DNA of 64,000 nucleotides, taken from assembly GCA_002104945.1 (NCBI GenBank), contig MCFH01000007.1, positions 930,001 through 994,000 of the forward strand, in the 5' to 3' direction. Within the stretch, counting starts at the first letter, position 1. Each line of letters starts with the position of its first letter. Under the pieces are notes generated by a model. It made no database searches and was not told where the DNA came from. It saw nothing but the letters and a program-made list of their open reading frames with translations. Source of the DNA: Piromyces finnis finn (taxonomy: Eukaryota > Fungi > Neocallimastigomycota). Positions 11,608 through 23,768 of this stretch are shown here, piece after piece. The position numbers were made by a program, and so were the translations under genes.

Positions 11608-11768
11608 TGTAAAGTCAGACACTAAACCGAATAGATTAGGATATCTAACAATTTTATTACAATAAATTAATAAAAAATAAACTATTCTTTATAAAACATA
11701 TTTATTTTGTGTTATTATTGTAATAGGTTAAATATCCTAATCTATTCGGTTTAGTGTCTGACTTTACA
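11608..11768. repeat. Two head-to-head LTR U5 ends forming a 161-bp unit with 37-bp perfect inverted repeats
   Basis: TGTAAAGTCAGACACTAAACCGAATAGATTAGGATAT at 11608-11644 and its reverse complement at 11732-11768; no TSD. Confidence 0.85.
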
Positions 11769-11774
11769 TTTACA

Positions 11775-12244
11775 TTAATTTATTTTTAATGTTTAACAAG
11801 TAAATTAAAATTCTCAATGTAAATCCCTAGTTTTAGTATTGTTTTTTTTCATAGAAATAGATAAATAATAGATAAATAATAAATGATTAATATATCAATA
11901 ATACATGGGCACATATTCAAATTGAATAGTACTTAATTTGAATTGCCAATTGTATTTTACTAAAAATAGTTATAGTTTAAATATTTATTAATAATTAAGA
12001 TTTTAGTGTAGATTTTAAATAATAATATATTTTAAATAAATAGTTATAATATAATATAAATGTATTTAGGAAAAATATAAATAGAAGATATTTTTCATCA
12101 TTTTATCAATGTAATTGTTATTAATAAAATTTCTATTATAATAAAAGATATTTTATAAAACAATTTTTTATTTTATTTTTCAAATTTTTGTGTTATTGTA
12201 ATAGAATAGATATCCTAATCTATTCTTCTAGTGTCAACATTACA
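11775..12244 (+). mobile_element. 5'-truncated family Y1 LTR
   Basis: Reverse complement of ~4137-4590; ends GTGTCAACATTACA; carries GTAATTGTTAT at 12111-12121. Confidence 0.85.
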
Positions 12245-13393
12245 TTTGCTAAAGACATTTTTCTTTACAGATATTGTTTACTTAAAGTTGGATCCATTGA
12301 GAGAAGGGCCTTTGAATAAATTGTAGTCCATGGTAATAAGAAAGTTGTGAGACTCTTAATCTGAGAAAAAATATAATATTGTTTTTAATATAAACTTTAT
12401 TTATTAATATTATTAATAAATAAAAAGGTAATTACAAAGTACATAAATAGTTCATAAATTTATTCTCTATTTATACTAAGAATTGTGGCGTATTATTTAT
12501 CATGAGAATATTCTATGACTAAATATATTAGTAATACATAATTCTATTCTATTCTACATATTTCTAGATTTATGTTAAATTATTAATGTTTAACAATTAT
12601 TACAAATAATATCAGTCACTTATAAATATTTTAAAGTATATATTTACAATTAAAAATACATTTATAATTTCTTTTATACTATAAGTGTGGCTATATGATA
12701 ATTCATGTAATAAAATAATATAAGTGGCGCTTTTAACTTAATTGTAAATTAGGAGTGGTAATGTAATATATGTGACATAGCAATGGCGTGAATTAATTGT
12801 ATAAGTTTATTTCTTTTAATATTAATGGATACAAAGAAAAGAATTTTTATATTTTAAATTTATATAGTATCATATATTAATATTGATTTAGAATAAGTGA
12901 AAATATAAACGTAATAAATATAAAATATATAGAAACGAAACATTAATAAAATAAAATCTTTTTTAAATCATGCTTTTAATTAATGCTACAACTGAAATTT
13001 TTATAATGTATTAAGTATATTTATTTAAGTTTTTTTTTTCATGTAAATATCATTTTTAATAATTAAGGTATATATCATTAGTTTATAAATATTAACAAGA
13101 TGTATTGAAACGTATTGAAATATATTTTATTGGACTAGATGTATAATCCATAATTTAAATAAATATAGAATAAAATTTAATAATAAAAGTTATTTATATA
13201 GAAGTTCTTTAATATAAATTATATTAATAAACCTCTATATTTAAAAATATGATTAGTTCAAAGTTAAATTAGATTTTAACAAATGATGTTTAATTTATAT
13301 TAAAAATTAATATAAAATAAAATTTTTTTTCCTTAATATTTAAAAAAAAAAAAAAAAAGCTTTTTGAAATTATAATTAAAGAATTCAGTAAAT

Positions 13394-14542
13394 ATGGAGG
13401 AAGTTGTAAAAGTACCACCAAAAAGAATAAGAAATTATGGAATTGATATTTTGAAGATCCTTTCAATGTTTATGGTAGTTATTCTTCATACTTATGGAAA
13501 TGGTGGAATTATATCAAATATTAAAGATGGTACTACAAATTATGCCATTTCTCTTTTAATTAAAGCAGCTGCTTATTCTGCTGTAAATATTTTTGGTATG
13601 GTGTCTGGTTATTTAATAGTAAACACAAAATGTAATGCTTTAAAGATGATTCCACTTTGGTTAAATGTAGTTTTTTACTCATCAATCATAGGAATATTAT
13701 TCAAATTTATTCCATATTTATCAAAGTATTATGAAGTGTCATATCCGTTTTTAATAAAATTAACATTTTTACCTGCAACAAGTAAAGAATATTGGTATTA
13801 TACTTCTTATTTTGGTTTATATTTCTTCATTCCGTATATAAATAAAATGTTACATTCTATAACTAAGAAAGATCATAGAAATATCATTATTATCATAATA
13901 GCTTTATTTTCATTATCTCGAATAATTAATAGCGATGCATTTGAAGTAAAGGGAGGATATTCTCCTTTATGGTTAGGATGCCTTTACATCATTGGTGCAT
14001 ACCTTAAATTATATCCAGTAAAAATTTCTAAAATTAATTCACTCATATTGTATATTTTTTCAGTTCTTTGTGTATGGCTAACAATATTTATAAAAGAAAT
14101 TAACTTTTTTTCATACGTTAATATTTTCGTAATCTTATCAGCTTTAGGCATTTTCTTGCTTTTTTCACAAATTAATATAACAAATAAGTCAATACAAAAA
14201 TTGATTGTTTTGTGTAGTTCTATATCATTTAGTGTATATCTTATTCATGAACATCCAATATTTCATAAACTTTTATCAAATAGATTTGCTAAATTTGGTA
14301 AAGAATCAACCTGGATGACAGCATTAAAAGGTATCGGAGCTGCTCTTCTCATATATATATGCTCTTCTATAATCGATTTATTTAGATATTATCTATTCAA
14401 ATATTTAAAAGTAAATAACATTCCAAGAATATTGGAAAATAAATTATCAAAAGAAAATAAAATGAAAGAAAAGGAGAAAAAAGAAGTCGAAAATTTAATA
14501 GAGATAAAAACAGAATTAAATACAAATAAGAATAATATTTAA
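13394..14542 (+). CDS. Acyltransferase family 3 (OafA/YrhL-like) polytopic membrane O-acyltransferase
   Basis: Intronless 382-aa ORF; N-terminal RNYGIDILKILSMFMVVILH motif; AVNIFGMVSGY; SFSVYLIHE; about 10 hydrophobic segments. Confidence 0.88.
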   Translation: MEEVVKVPPKRIRNYGIDILKILSMFMVVILHTYGNGGIISNIKDGTTNYAISLLIKAAAYSAVNIFGMVSGYLIVNTKCNALKMIPLWLNVVFYSSIIGILFKFIPYLSKYYEVSYPFLIKLTFLPATSKEYWYYTSYFGLYFFIPYINKMLHSITKKDHRNIIIIIIALFSLSRIINSDAFEVKGGYSPLWLGCLYIIGAYLKLYPVKISKINSLILYIFSVLCVWLTIFIKEINFFSYVNIFVILSALGIFLLFSQINITNKSIQKLIVLCSSISFSVYLIHEHPIFHKLLSNRFAKFGKESTWMTALKGIGAALLIYICSSIIDLFRYYLFKYLKVNNIPRILENKLSKENKMKEKEKKEVENLIEIKTELNTNKNNI

Positions 14543-15051
14543 TTTTTTATGTCATTTGAAGTATTAATACTTTTGCAATAATATCATTTAATCATTTAAT
14601 CATTTAATTAAAAATAAAAAAAATATGCCTGAGTAAATCTATTTTTTATATTATAGTTATATTTTTTTTTACTATCGTTATTATTATAAAAAATCATCAT
14701 CACGTATTTTACAATATTATATTCATATAAATTAGAATAAATAATATTGAAAATATTTATACAAAAAGTATAATTTTTTATAAAAATTATAAATATATAT
14801 TTTAAGTAAATTATAATAATAATAATAATAAATAAAATAAAAATTAGAAAAAAAATAAAATTAAATGAGAATAAAAAAATAAAAAATAATGAAAGATTAA
14901 ATATGCTTTTTTTGAGTACTTTTGCCTTTTACATATTAAAAAGTATTGTTAATTAACAACCTTTTTTTACAGTAAATAAAAAAACAATAATAACAATAAG
15001 TATTTGTATATTATGAATAAATAAATTTATTCCTATTAAAATTTATTCAAT

Positions 15052-16140
15052 CTTCTTGGGAATGTACTTTAATATATTTAATAAATGAAGTTTCTCAAGG
15101 GGCTATACTCAAGCTCATGGTGCTAAACGAGTAGAAATAAATCGCAATGGATGATTGGTTAGTCTTTATTGGAAAATATTATAAGGACTCTTTCGAGGTC
15201 GCCTTGCAAAGCAGCGAAAGAGGACTGTCTTTTATGAAGCATGGCGAGAAAAGATATCAAACCATAGTTTTGAGTTGATAATCTGAGTGTTAGTTGTTAT
15301 ATCATACTTTTCTTACACCTTCAACTTATATTAGATAGTAGTTGCATTTACCACTATTTACAGTTATTTTATTCTGTAGTATCAAATACTGATTTTGAAT
15401 GCTTTTGATTTTATTTTTATTTTTTAACTTTCATAGTCATTTTTTAAATAAATTTATTACTTATTCTTTTTGTTCTTTTATTCCTTTCTACTCTTTATAT
15501 GTTAATTAGTAAGATAGTTTTGTTTTTTCAGTTAATTTGTTATTTTTTATTTTTTTATTTTTTTTGAAACTTTTGATTTTCCAAGGAATCTCTTTCTACT
15601 AACATTTCTTGTATACTTTTTCTATCTCTTCTATTTCTTTTTTATAATTTATGTTATATATATATTTATATATTTGTATTATTTTATTAGGTTTATTATG
15701 GACTCTTATGATAAGTATTAACTCCTTTTTTCTTCTAACATTTTGTTACCAAAGCTTCAATCCAGGAAAATCGCATATTCTTGTAAAAAGACTCTTTTGA
15801 TGGATTCAAAAAACCTAAAAAGGCCTTTAAGTAGTCAAGTCATATCTGTAACACAAAGTGTTCTGAATTCTTACTAGTAATTGCTTTGCTGTTCTAGTTT
15901 CCGAACTTGAAGCTAATTGTGATAGCCTATCGGCTGATGATATAAGTTCAGAAATCCTTATTATTTTTAAGAGCTTTCTCATCAACAATTGTGTTCCTAT
16001 TGGCTTAAAAAGTATAGTAATTCATGCAAAGTCTCTTATTATGCTTCATTACTTGGTTCCAACAAAAATAGAACTAGAAGAGTCTAATCTCTTATTAATA
16101 CTGCTGTTTTATGGAGTGTCAATAGTTTTCACAATGAAAG
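15052..16140 (+). mobile_element. Decayed, internally deleted LINE (5' structured end, 5' UTR, ORF scraps)
   Basis: 15052-15190 is homologous to 51150-51300; ~15400-15640 is homologous to ~56940-57350; scraps KPKKAFK and SYYASLLGSNKNRTRR match the 51917 ORF. Confidence 0.75.
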
Positions 16141-17465
16141 TCTTAATAACCAAGAATAATTAATATAAAATTTAATTTAGAACGAACTAGTAATAATATA
16201 AATATAATAATATTAATAATAATATATAAAATAAATATAGAAACATTAATAAAACAAGAAACATCATTTATTTGTATGTTCACGTGATGTGCGTGATATA
16301 AATTAATATAATTATACGCCACAACAATCATTTTTTATGTTAACTTAAGATTTTGTAGAAAACAAATTTATGATTTTTTGTAATTATAAATTAATAAATT
16401 TATAATAATTAAGGTTAATAATTTATATTTTATATCACATTTTAATACATTATATATATAATTGTCACATTATTTTGTGTATTTTTACTTGTATTTAATT
16501 TAGCCATAAAATTTTGTTTTACACTTTTCAAAAGTTTATTCATTATTATTCTAACCATGGATTATTATTTAATATATAAACAATACTATTTAATTAAATG
16601 CATATAATATAATATTAATATAATATAAACATATAATATTATTGAATCATATATATATTGTTTATTTATTCTGACGAATCATTTTTTAGATTTTATTTTA
16701 TTTTATTTCCTTATTCTCTTTTTTTTTTTACTATTAATAATAATTAAGATGATAATAAATGAATATCGAGTGGCTTATCTTTATCTTAAACAACAAAGAT
16801 AAAGACTTCTTTTTTTTTTTTTATATCTAACTTATAATGAGAAAGAGAAAAAGTAAAAAAAAAAAAAAATGGTGTTGATGGTTGTGTGGATTAAAGAATG
16901 ATATATATATACAAATACAAATACAACAATATATAATTATTGGAGGCTAGGATTAAAAAAAAAAAACTGATCATATAAAAGCTATTTGTTGTTATTATTT
17001 TTGATTATTTATTAGAATATAAAGTTTATTATATGAAAATGAATAGATTAATTGTTATTCCATATTTATTATTATTATAATATTTAATTAATTAGAAATT
17101 ATAATTATTATTTTTTTTAAAAAAAAAATGTTTTTTTTTTATTAAGTTTATTAATATATAAAATAAATTAATTTAATTAAAAAAAAAAAGTAAAATCTTA
17201 TAAAAATAATAAAAATGAAATTTTTTTAATATAAATAATAAAATAAAACCTTTTTATTAATATCTTTAAAACTATACAAAAGGAAAAGGAAAAAGATTTT
17301 AGAAAATAATTGATATTTATTTTCTTTTTAATTTTAAAAGCTCATAAAAAATCAACACACACATATATATTATCTATTATATTTAGTACTATTAAATTAA
17401 AATTTTTCTTTAAAAACATTACATATTTTATTTAAATATCAATTCAAAAATAAAATTATTGCAAA

Positions 17466-18344
17466 ATGGCAAAGTATAGTAAAAGAGATGATAATGAAGA
17501 AAGTGGATGTTGTAGCTTGAATAATTGTTTATTTTGCTGCTGTTTACCATTAAAACCATCAATTGTTATTACTACTATCTCTATAATTGTAACTATCATT
17601 TGAAAAATATTATTCACATAAATTTAAAATGATAGTAATAATTTATTAACTTTTTATTTAATTATTATAATTTGAATAAATAATAATAATTAATTTTATT
17701 TATAGGTTTCATTAATTATTGCTATTATCTTAAACATAATTTTTTATGATTTCAGTATATGGATGTTATTTATATTTATTATTTACATCATTGTTATAAT
17801 ATCACTTATTGTATTACTTATTGGTATTCATAAGGTATGTAGTTCTATAAAATTAATAAATTTATTAATATGTAGAAAATATTTATAAACATATATTAAT
17901 TATTATTATTATTTTTTTATATTATAAAGGATAATTTACCATTTATGAAACAATTCATACCTGTCTTTTTCCTTTTCTTAATATTCCAAACTTTCTTAAT
18001 GATTTATGATATCATTCAAAGATTCAAAGATACTGTAGTTTACAACACTATTAACGGAAAGCAATATGAACATACTATTAAGAATGATTTAAGTACTTTT
18101 ATAAAAATACTTCTTATTATTTTAGCCATTATCAACATTATTATTATGGTAAATTTTAATTATATATAATTAATTTATTGTCTATAATATGGAAAACCCA
18201 ATAAATTAATATTATTTTTACAATTAAAAAAAATAGGTTGGATATTATTATGCTACATGTAAATACATTAAATTAGTTGAAAGTGGTGAAGCTGGTGAAT
18301 ATGAAAGAAGACTAGAAGAAAACAGAACTAAAAGAAGTAATTAA
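17466..18344 (+). CDS. Small multi-pass membrane protein with a Cys-rich N-terminus (4 exons), unknown function
   Basis: Spliced reading: MAKYSKRDDNEESGCCSLNNCLFCCCLPLK.../VSLIIAII...IGIHK/DNLPFMKQF...IIIM/VGYYYATCKYIK...RSN*, with GT-AG introns. Confidence 0.65.
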
Positions 18345-20696
18345 ATTCTTTTAAAAGAGAAATAGAATGCTTTTTTTTTTTTTTAATATTCGTTAAGATT
18401 AAAAAAAAAATATTATAAACGCAGCTTTTTTTTAATCTTTCATCGCATTTATCATATGCTTAATTTACATACTCTTTATTAAACAAAATAAGTTTAGATT
18501 TTTATATATTTTAATTTTATATCTGTAAAAAATTTTATATATATATATTTAAGTAACAAATATGTAGGGTAAAAAAATTTTTTTTCCCTTTTGAATTAAT
18601 GAATAAAAAAATTAATTCATAACATTATCATATAAAAGTATACGAGAAAAGAATACCTTTTTTTAATAGTTTTAACTGTTTTCACATTTAATTTATATTT
18701 AACCTAAAGAATAATAATAAAGAAAAACCGAAATGGAAAAAAAAAAAAACATATTATAATTTATGATTTTATTTCTTTTTTTTTTTATTATAAAGTATCA
18801 TTCCACAAAATTACAATAAATATAGAATTATTGAGGAAAGAGAAAAATGAAATAATGCTGCTCTTTTCTTTTTTAATTATTAACAATAAAGAAAAGAAAT
18901 TTTAAATATATAACAAAGAAAAAATAATTTAGAATCATAAAAAAAAAAAAAAACAGTTCTTTCAATCAAAAGCAACAAGTATTATAAAGATAAAAATTTA
19001 TATAAAACAAATAAAGAAAAAATGCAAATCAAATGCATCTTTTAAAAGTTGAATTTAAAGTAAAAAAAAAAAAAAAAAAAGACTCAACTTTTTTATGAAC
19101 AATTTATTATTAATATATTTATAATAAATGAATAATAAAAAGAAAAAGACAATTTGAATTTAAAATATTTCTTTTATTATATGTTTGAGTATATTCTAAT
19201 AATATATAAATAGTATAATTCTAATTTATTGTTTCATTATTAAATAAAAAAAGTATCGCCTTATTAGAAATGCTTTTTTTTTTTTAAAAAAAAAGAATCT
19301 TATAAAATATCTTTTTATATTGAATTTTATTTCCATTTCTTTATAATTCTTAAATGATGACAACAATTCTTTAGACATGATTTAAATAACGATAATTTAT
19401 ACTTTTTATTTAACATAATATAAAATATCTTTTTTTTAAATACCTTTTTTTTTTGTTTGTGTAACAGTGTATTAATACATTACATTACATAATTAAATTT
19501 TTTTCATGTATATCTAATTAATAATAAATGATAACTATTAATAAATAAAAGATTTAAATTTGTCGTACTGAGACTATATGAGACCACACTTTTCTATTAA
19601 GAACTAAAAAGCTAACTTAAGAATCATTAGTTTTAATATTGTTATGACTGATTCTAACAGAAATTATAAGTGTAGAGCCATTAGTAGTAATACTGCTGGA
19701 AGAAATAATCCTCTTGCAAATCTTACAATTGAAAAATCAAAATAAATTTATTATACAAGATTTAAAAAAGGTGCTTCCCATTTTTTAAGATGGGGCTGGG
19801 TCAAAAATCCCCATATCAAAATACACATCTTTTCTAAATATTATTAATTTACTACATTGTTTTACAAATATATCAATTTGTGTATTTGTATTAAATTGAT
19901 GTAAATGTATTAAGTATTTAGTGGTCTAGAATCAAGCCACAAATCGTATATAAGAAAGAAAATATTTCTTCTTTATTTCAAATCTTTATATCTATCATAT
20001 ATTAATAATTTTAATATATTAATAAACTTTAAATATTATAAATCAATATAATAATAATAATTTTAATAAATAATAAAATAAACAAAATAAAAGAATAATA
20101 ATTTAAATTGGAGCATCTAACATCTAGTACTCTTCTCAAAATATTATAATTAAAATAAAAGCATTATTTGAAATGTTAGCAGAAATGTTGAATGTTAAAT
20201 GAATTAAATATTCATTTAATAATTATATAAGACTCAGTTTATAAAAAATGTATAAACTAATATATCATTTACTTTCTTACATATAAATTATTGTTACATT
20301 TCTTATTTTATTATTATTATTTAATATCTTACTTTTCATATATCAAATTAAATCAGTTAATTATTTTCATTTGTGATGATCAAATGGTAAACTTCAAACT
20401 AAAATAATGCTTTATATTATTGACCAACAATAATTAAGGCTTAAAGGATTTAAAGAAAAAACTTTGATCATTAATGCTAAAGAAACAATTAATAGTAATT
20501 ATAATTTTGTTTCCTGATGATATTTGATCTAGGATTTTCGTATATTAATGATCCTTCCTTTTAATTAAAATTATTTATACCCATGTTCTATTTATTTGTG
20601 GTTAATTAAATTTATTTTTATTTTTATTTTTTAATATATTACCAAATTTTTTATAACAAAGGTTTTAAAAATTTTACTATCATTTATAAAAATGAA

Positions 20697-21062
20697 GTGG
20701 TGATGATATATATTGGTATTGGGGTGAATTATATCAAACCAGCATGTAAAATTGGCCATGGTGAAATTACTAAAAGCAGTGTTCAATTCATACATGGTGA
20801 TTCATTTAACAAAAAAATATGTATAAAACCAAACTCTGTAATACAATATGCTCAATTAGATATACCTAATAATAAATATTGTTTTATTAATTTAGAAGTT
20901 GTTGATTGTGAAAGAATATTAGCTAAAGCTGACAGATTCTACGATTGTTATTTAAGGACATATAGAACACCAAATTATAAAATTGTTAACACTTGTGCAT
21001 CCTGTAATAAATATGGTTATTTAACTAGATATGGATGGGTTGAAAGTAAGAATTTATGTTAA
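20697..21062 (+). CDS. Hypothetical Cys-containing protein or pseudogene with a possible bacterial-SH3-like C-terminal motif
   Basis: Intronless ORF ending CYLRTYRTPNYKIV...YLTRYGWVESKNLC; nearest upstream ATG (20692) is out of frame and hits TGA. Confidence 0.3.
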   Translation: MVMIYIGIGVNYIKPACKIGHGEITKSSVQFIHGDSFNKKICIKPNSVIQYAQLDIPNNKYCFINLEVVDCERILAKADRFYDCYLRTYRTPNYKIVNTCASCNKYGYLTRYGWVESKNLC

Positions 21063-21183
21063 CCATAAACATATAAAGATTTTTAAAAAAAAACAATATT
21101 AATATTTCATATATATAAAATCAGTACAGCTTTATAATTTTTTTTTTAAAAAAATTATATAAAAGAATATATAAATCATAATA

Positions 21184-21249
21184 TATCGAATACTACAGGC
21201 ATTGCTCCGAGCAATCAAGCTCTCTTCTCTTGCCATTCCGTGTTCGATA
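21184..21249 (+). ncRNA. Candidate small structured RNA
   Basis: GC-rich island in very AT-rich intergenic DNA; 10-bp closing stem TATCGAATAC/GTGTTCGATA (one G-U), GGCA/TGCC stem, TTGCT-CCG-AGCAA hairpin. Confidence 0.35.
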
Positions 21250-22053
21250 AATATATAAATAATATAAAAAAAAAAAAAATATCATATATATTTATTAAAT
21301 ATTCTTTGACTCTAGCTGACACGAATTTTTGATATTGATACTGATTATATATACATGAAATATTAATACACATTAAATATTTATATACATTAATGAATCT
21401 AAATACAATAAATGTACAAATATATTCAAAATAGAAAAAACGTATATAATAAAATTATAAATAAATATAATAAATAAATAAATAAAATAAATAAATAAAT
21501 AAAAAAAGTAAATAAATAGGCTATCATTATATTCATTACTTATTGTATTAGTAGTTTTGTTATATACATTTCATTAATGTTCATACTGAACAAATACAAA
21601 AAAAAAAAAATTCTTTTTATAAAAATAAAACTAAATTAACATTTCAAATAATATATAAAATATTAAATTACTTTTACTTATACAATAAATAAATAAAAAT
21701 GTTTAATGAAAAGGAAGACAAAGATAACTCCAAAAATGTTAATAAAATAGAAGAAAAAAACTCCTCAAATATCAAAAATATTATATTCAAAAACTATAAA
21801 ACAGAAAGAAATATCAAAATATTATCCCTTATAATATTAGTAATACATCAACTATTCTTTTTTCTTTTCTTTTCTTTTTTTTTTAAAAAAAAAAATAAAA
21901 ACATGAATTAAATTAAATAAAATAAATGAAGAACAAAAAAAATAATATAATTAATAAAATACAAATATTACTATTTTATAAAATATTCTCTATTATATTA
22001 ATATTAATTCTTAAATTTATTTATATTAATAATTTGAAATTTGAAATTTCAAC

Positions 22054-22826
22054 ATGTCAAATAAATATATTCTTAAATATAATGTCTTTGGGAAAATAAT
22101 AACTACAGATAGAATTAATTATTATGCTAATAAAAAATTTTACAGCCAAGAAAAATTTTTTAGTTTTAATTCCTTATGGTATAGCATTAGGTTCTATCGG
22201 AATTTTTATTTTCGGCATTTTTAAGGTACGTTTACTTTTTTTCCCCTTTCTTTCTTTCCTCTTATTTCAAAAATAAAATAAAAAAAATAACAAAAAAAAA
22301 AAATATTATTTTAATTTTAGCAAAATAGAATTTATTGATGCTTATTTATTATTTTTGATGCAGAGATATAATGAATTTTTATTTATTAGCTAATATTATA
22401 ATTACTATAATATTTTTTGATAGAATAATCTTTCTCTTATCAAGCAATTCAAATATAGCTTTTTAGTATTTTTGATTTTTTATACTTTCTCTGTAATGTT
22501 AGCTATCTTTTCACTCTTAGCTGTCATGCTTATGCTTTATGTTTTTAGTGGTAATTCCCCTTCTGATGAAAATGTTCCTAGTGTCTCTTCATTCTTTTAT
22601 GATACTTTTAATTTTTATGGTATAATACAAATAATCTTTTATGTAAGTACTCTCTTATATTCACTGTTAATATAACATAAAATACATTATAAAAGATATC
22701 TAATCATGTATTTTTAAATTATTGCTCTTTATATATCACAAATTAAAAACTACCAAAAAATAGTTCTTTTATTATATCTGTGGAATCTCTTATATTAATG
22801 AAAAGATTGAGATTAAAAAACAATAG
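22054..22826 (+). CDS. Small membrane protein, paralog of 17466-18344; apparent frameshift in exon 1
   Basis: ...IPYGIALGSIGIFIFGIFK | NNLSLIKQFKYSFLVFLIF...IIQIIFY | FFYYICGISYINEK..*; similar motifs and intron positions; frame break in an A/T run near 22135-22165. Confidence 0.5.
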
Positions 22827-23768
22827 TTTCTTATTTACATACATACATATAAATAATAAAAAACTATTAAATAATATCAAAATTTATTTTATTTAAAAGC
22901 GACATTCAACATTCATTCATACAATAAAAATGTTTCTGAAAAAAACTTTTTTTTTTTCTTATAGATATAGTAATAAAGAAAATCATAAGATATATATAAG
23001 AAAATTCAATCAATTTTTTTTTAAGTCATTACAAATACATTTATAATGACTTATAAAAAGAATACAAACACATTTATAATTATGAATTTGTATTCTTTTT
23101 CTTTTTTTTTTTTTTTTTTTATTTTTATTAGATGATTCTACCCGTTTTACATTTCATTATTACAGTTCCCATAAATATTATATATAATATATAATATTTG
23201 TATTTATAGTATATAAATAAAATTATTATTAATTATTATTATACCAACATCATTGTATTATATTTTATATTAATACAAGTAAAAATGAATTGCTATTTTT
23301 ACTTCTTTTTTTTATTATTATTATTTTTAAAAGTAAAAAAAAATAAAATTAACAATTTGGAGAAATTTTATTTAATTTATTTTAATCCTGATCAAAATAA
23401 TTAATTAAAAATTTTATATTTATTAAAATATTAAAGTAAAAAAATAAAAATATTTATTTATTTTTCATAATAAAAGTTAACTAGGTAGAAATTGATTTAT
23501 TATTATTTTTTTTTAATAAAACATAAAACTAAAAAAAAAAAAAAAGTAAGCTTTTATTTTAATATTATAATATATAAAAAATAGAAAATTTATTAAATTC
23601 AAAGATAAATATTAATAATTTTTTTTATGAAATTTGAAAACTTTTTTTTTTTTCTTGTAAATAATTAATATATAATATATTATAATTCTATATAATATAA
23701 AATATTATCAGTATATATAAAGGTTATTGATAAAATTATTGAAAAGTAAAGAGAGGAAAAAAAAAAAA

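Noticed and set aside
11608-11768. Ginger- or MITE-type DNA transposon
   Set aside because: No TSD, and both arms match the LTR U5 end, so an LTR rearrangement explains it better.
12245-12370. Coding-like segment next to the LTR fragment
   Set aside because: Contains stops and no recognisable motif.
15930-15960. Hammerhead ribozyme core (CTGATGA...GAAA)
   Set aside because: Stems I-III cannot be formed, and it lies within decayed LINE coding sequence.
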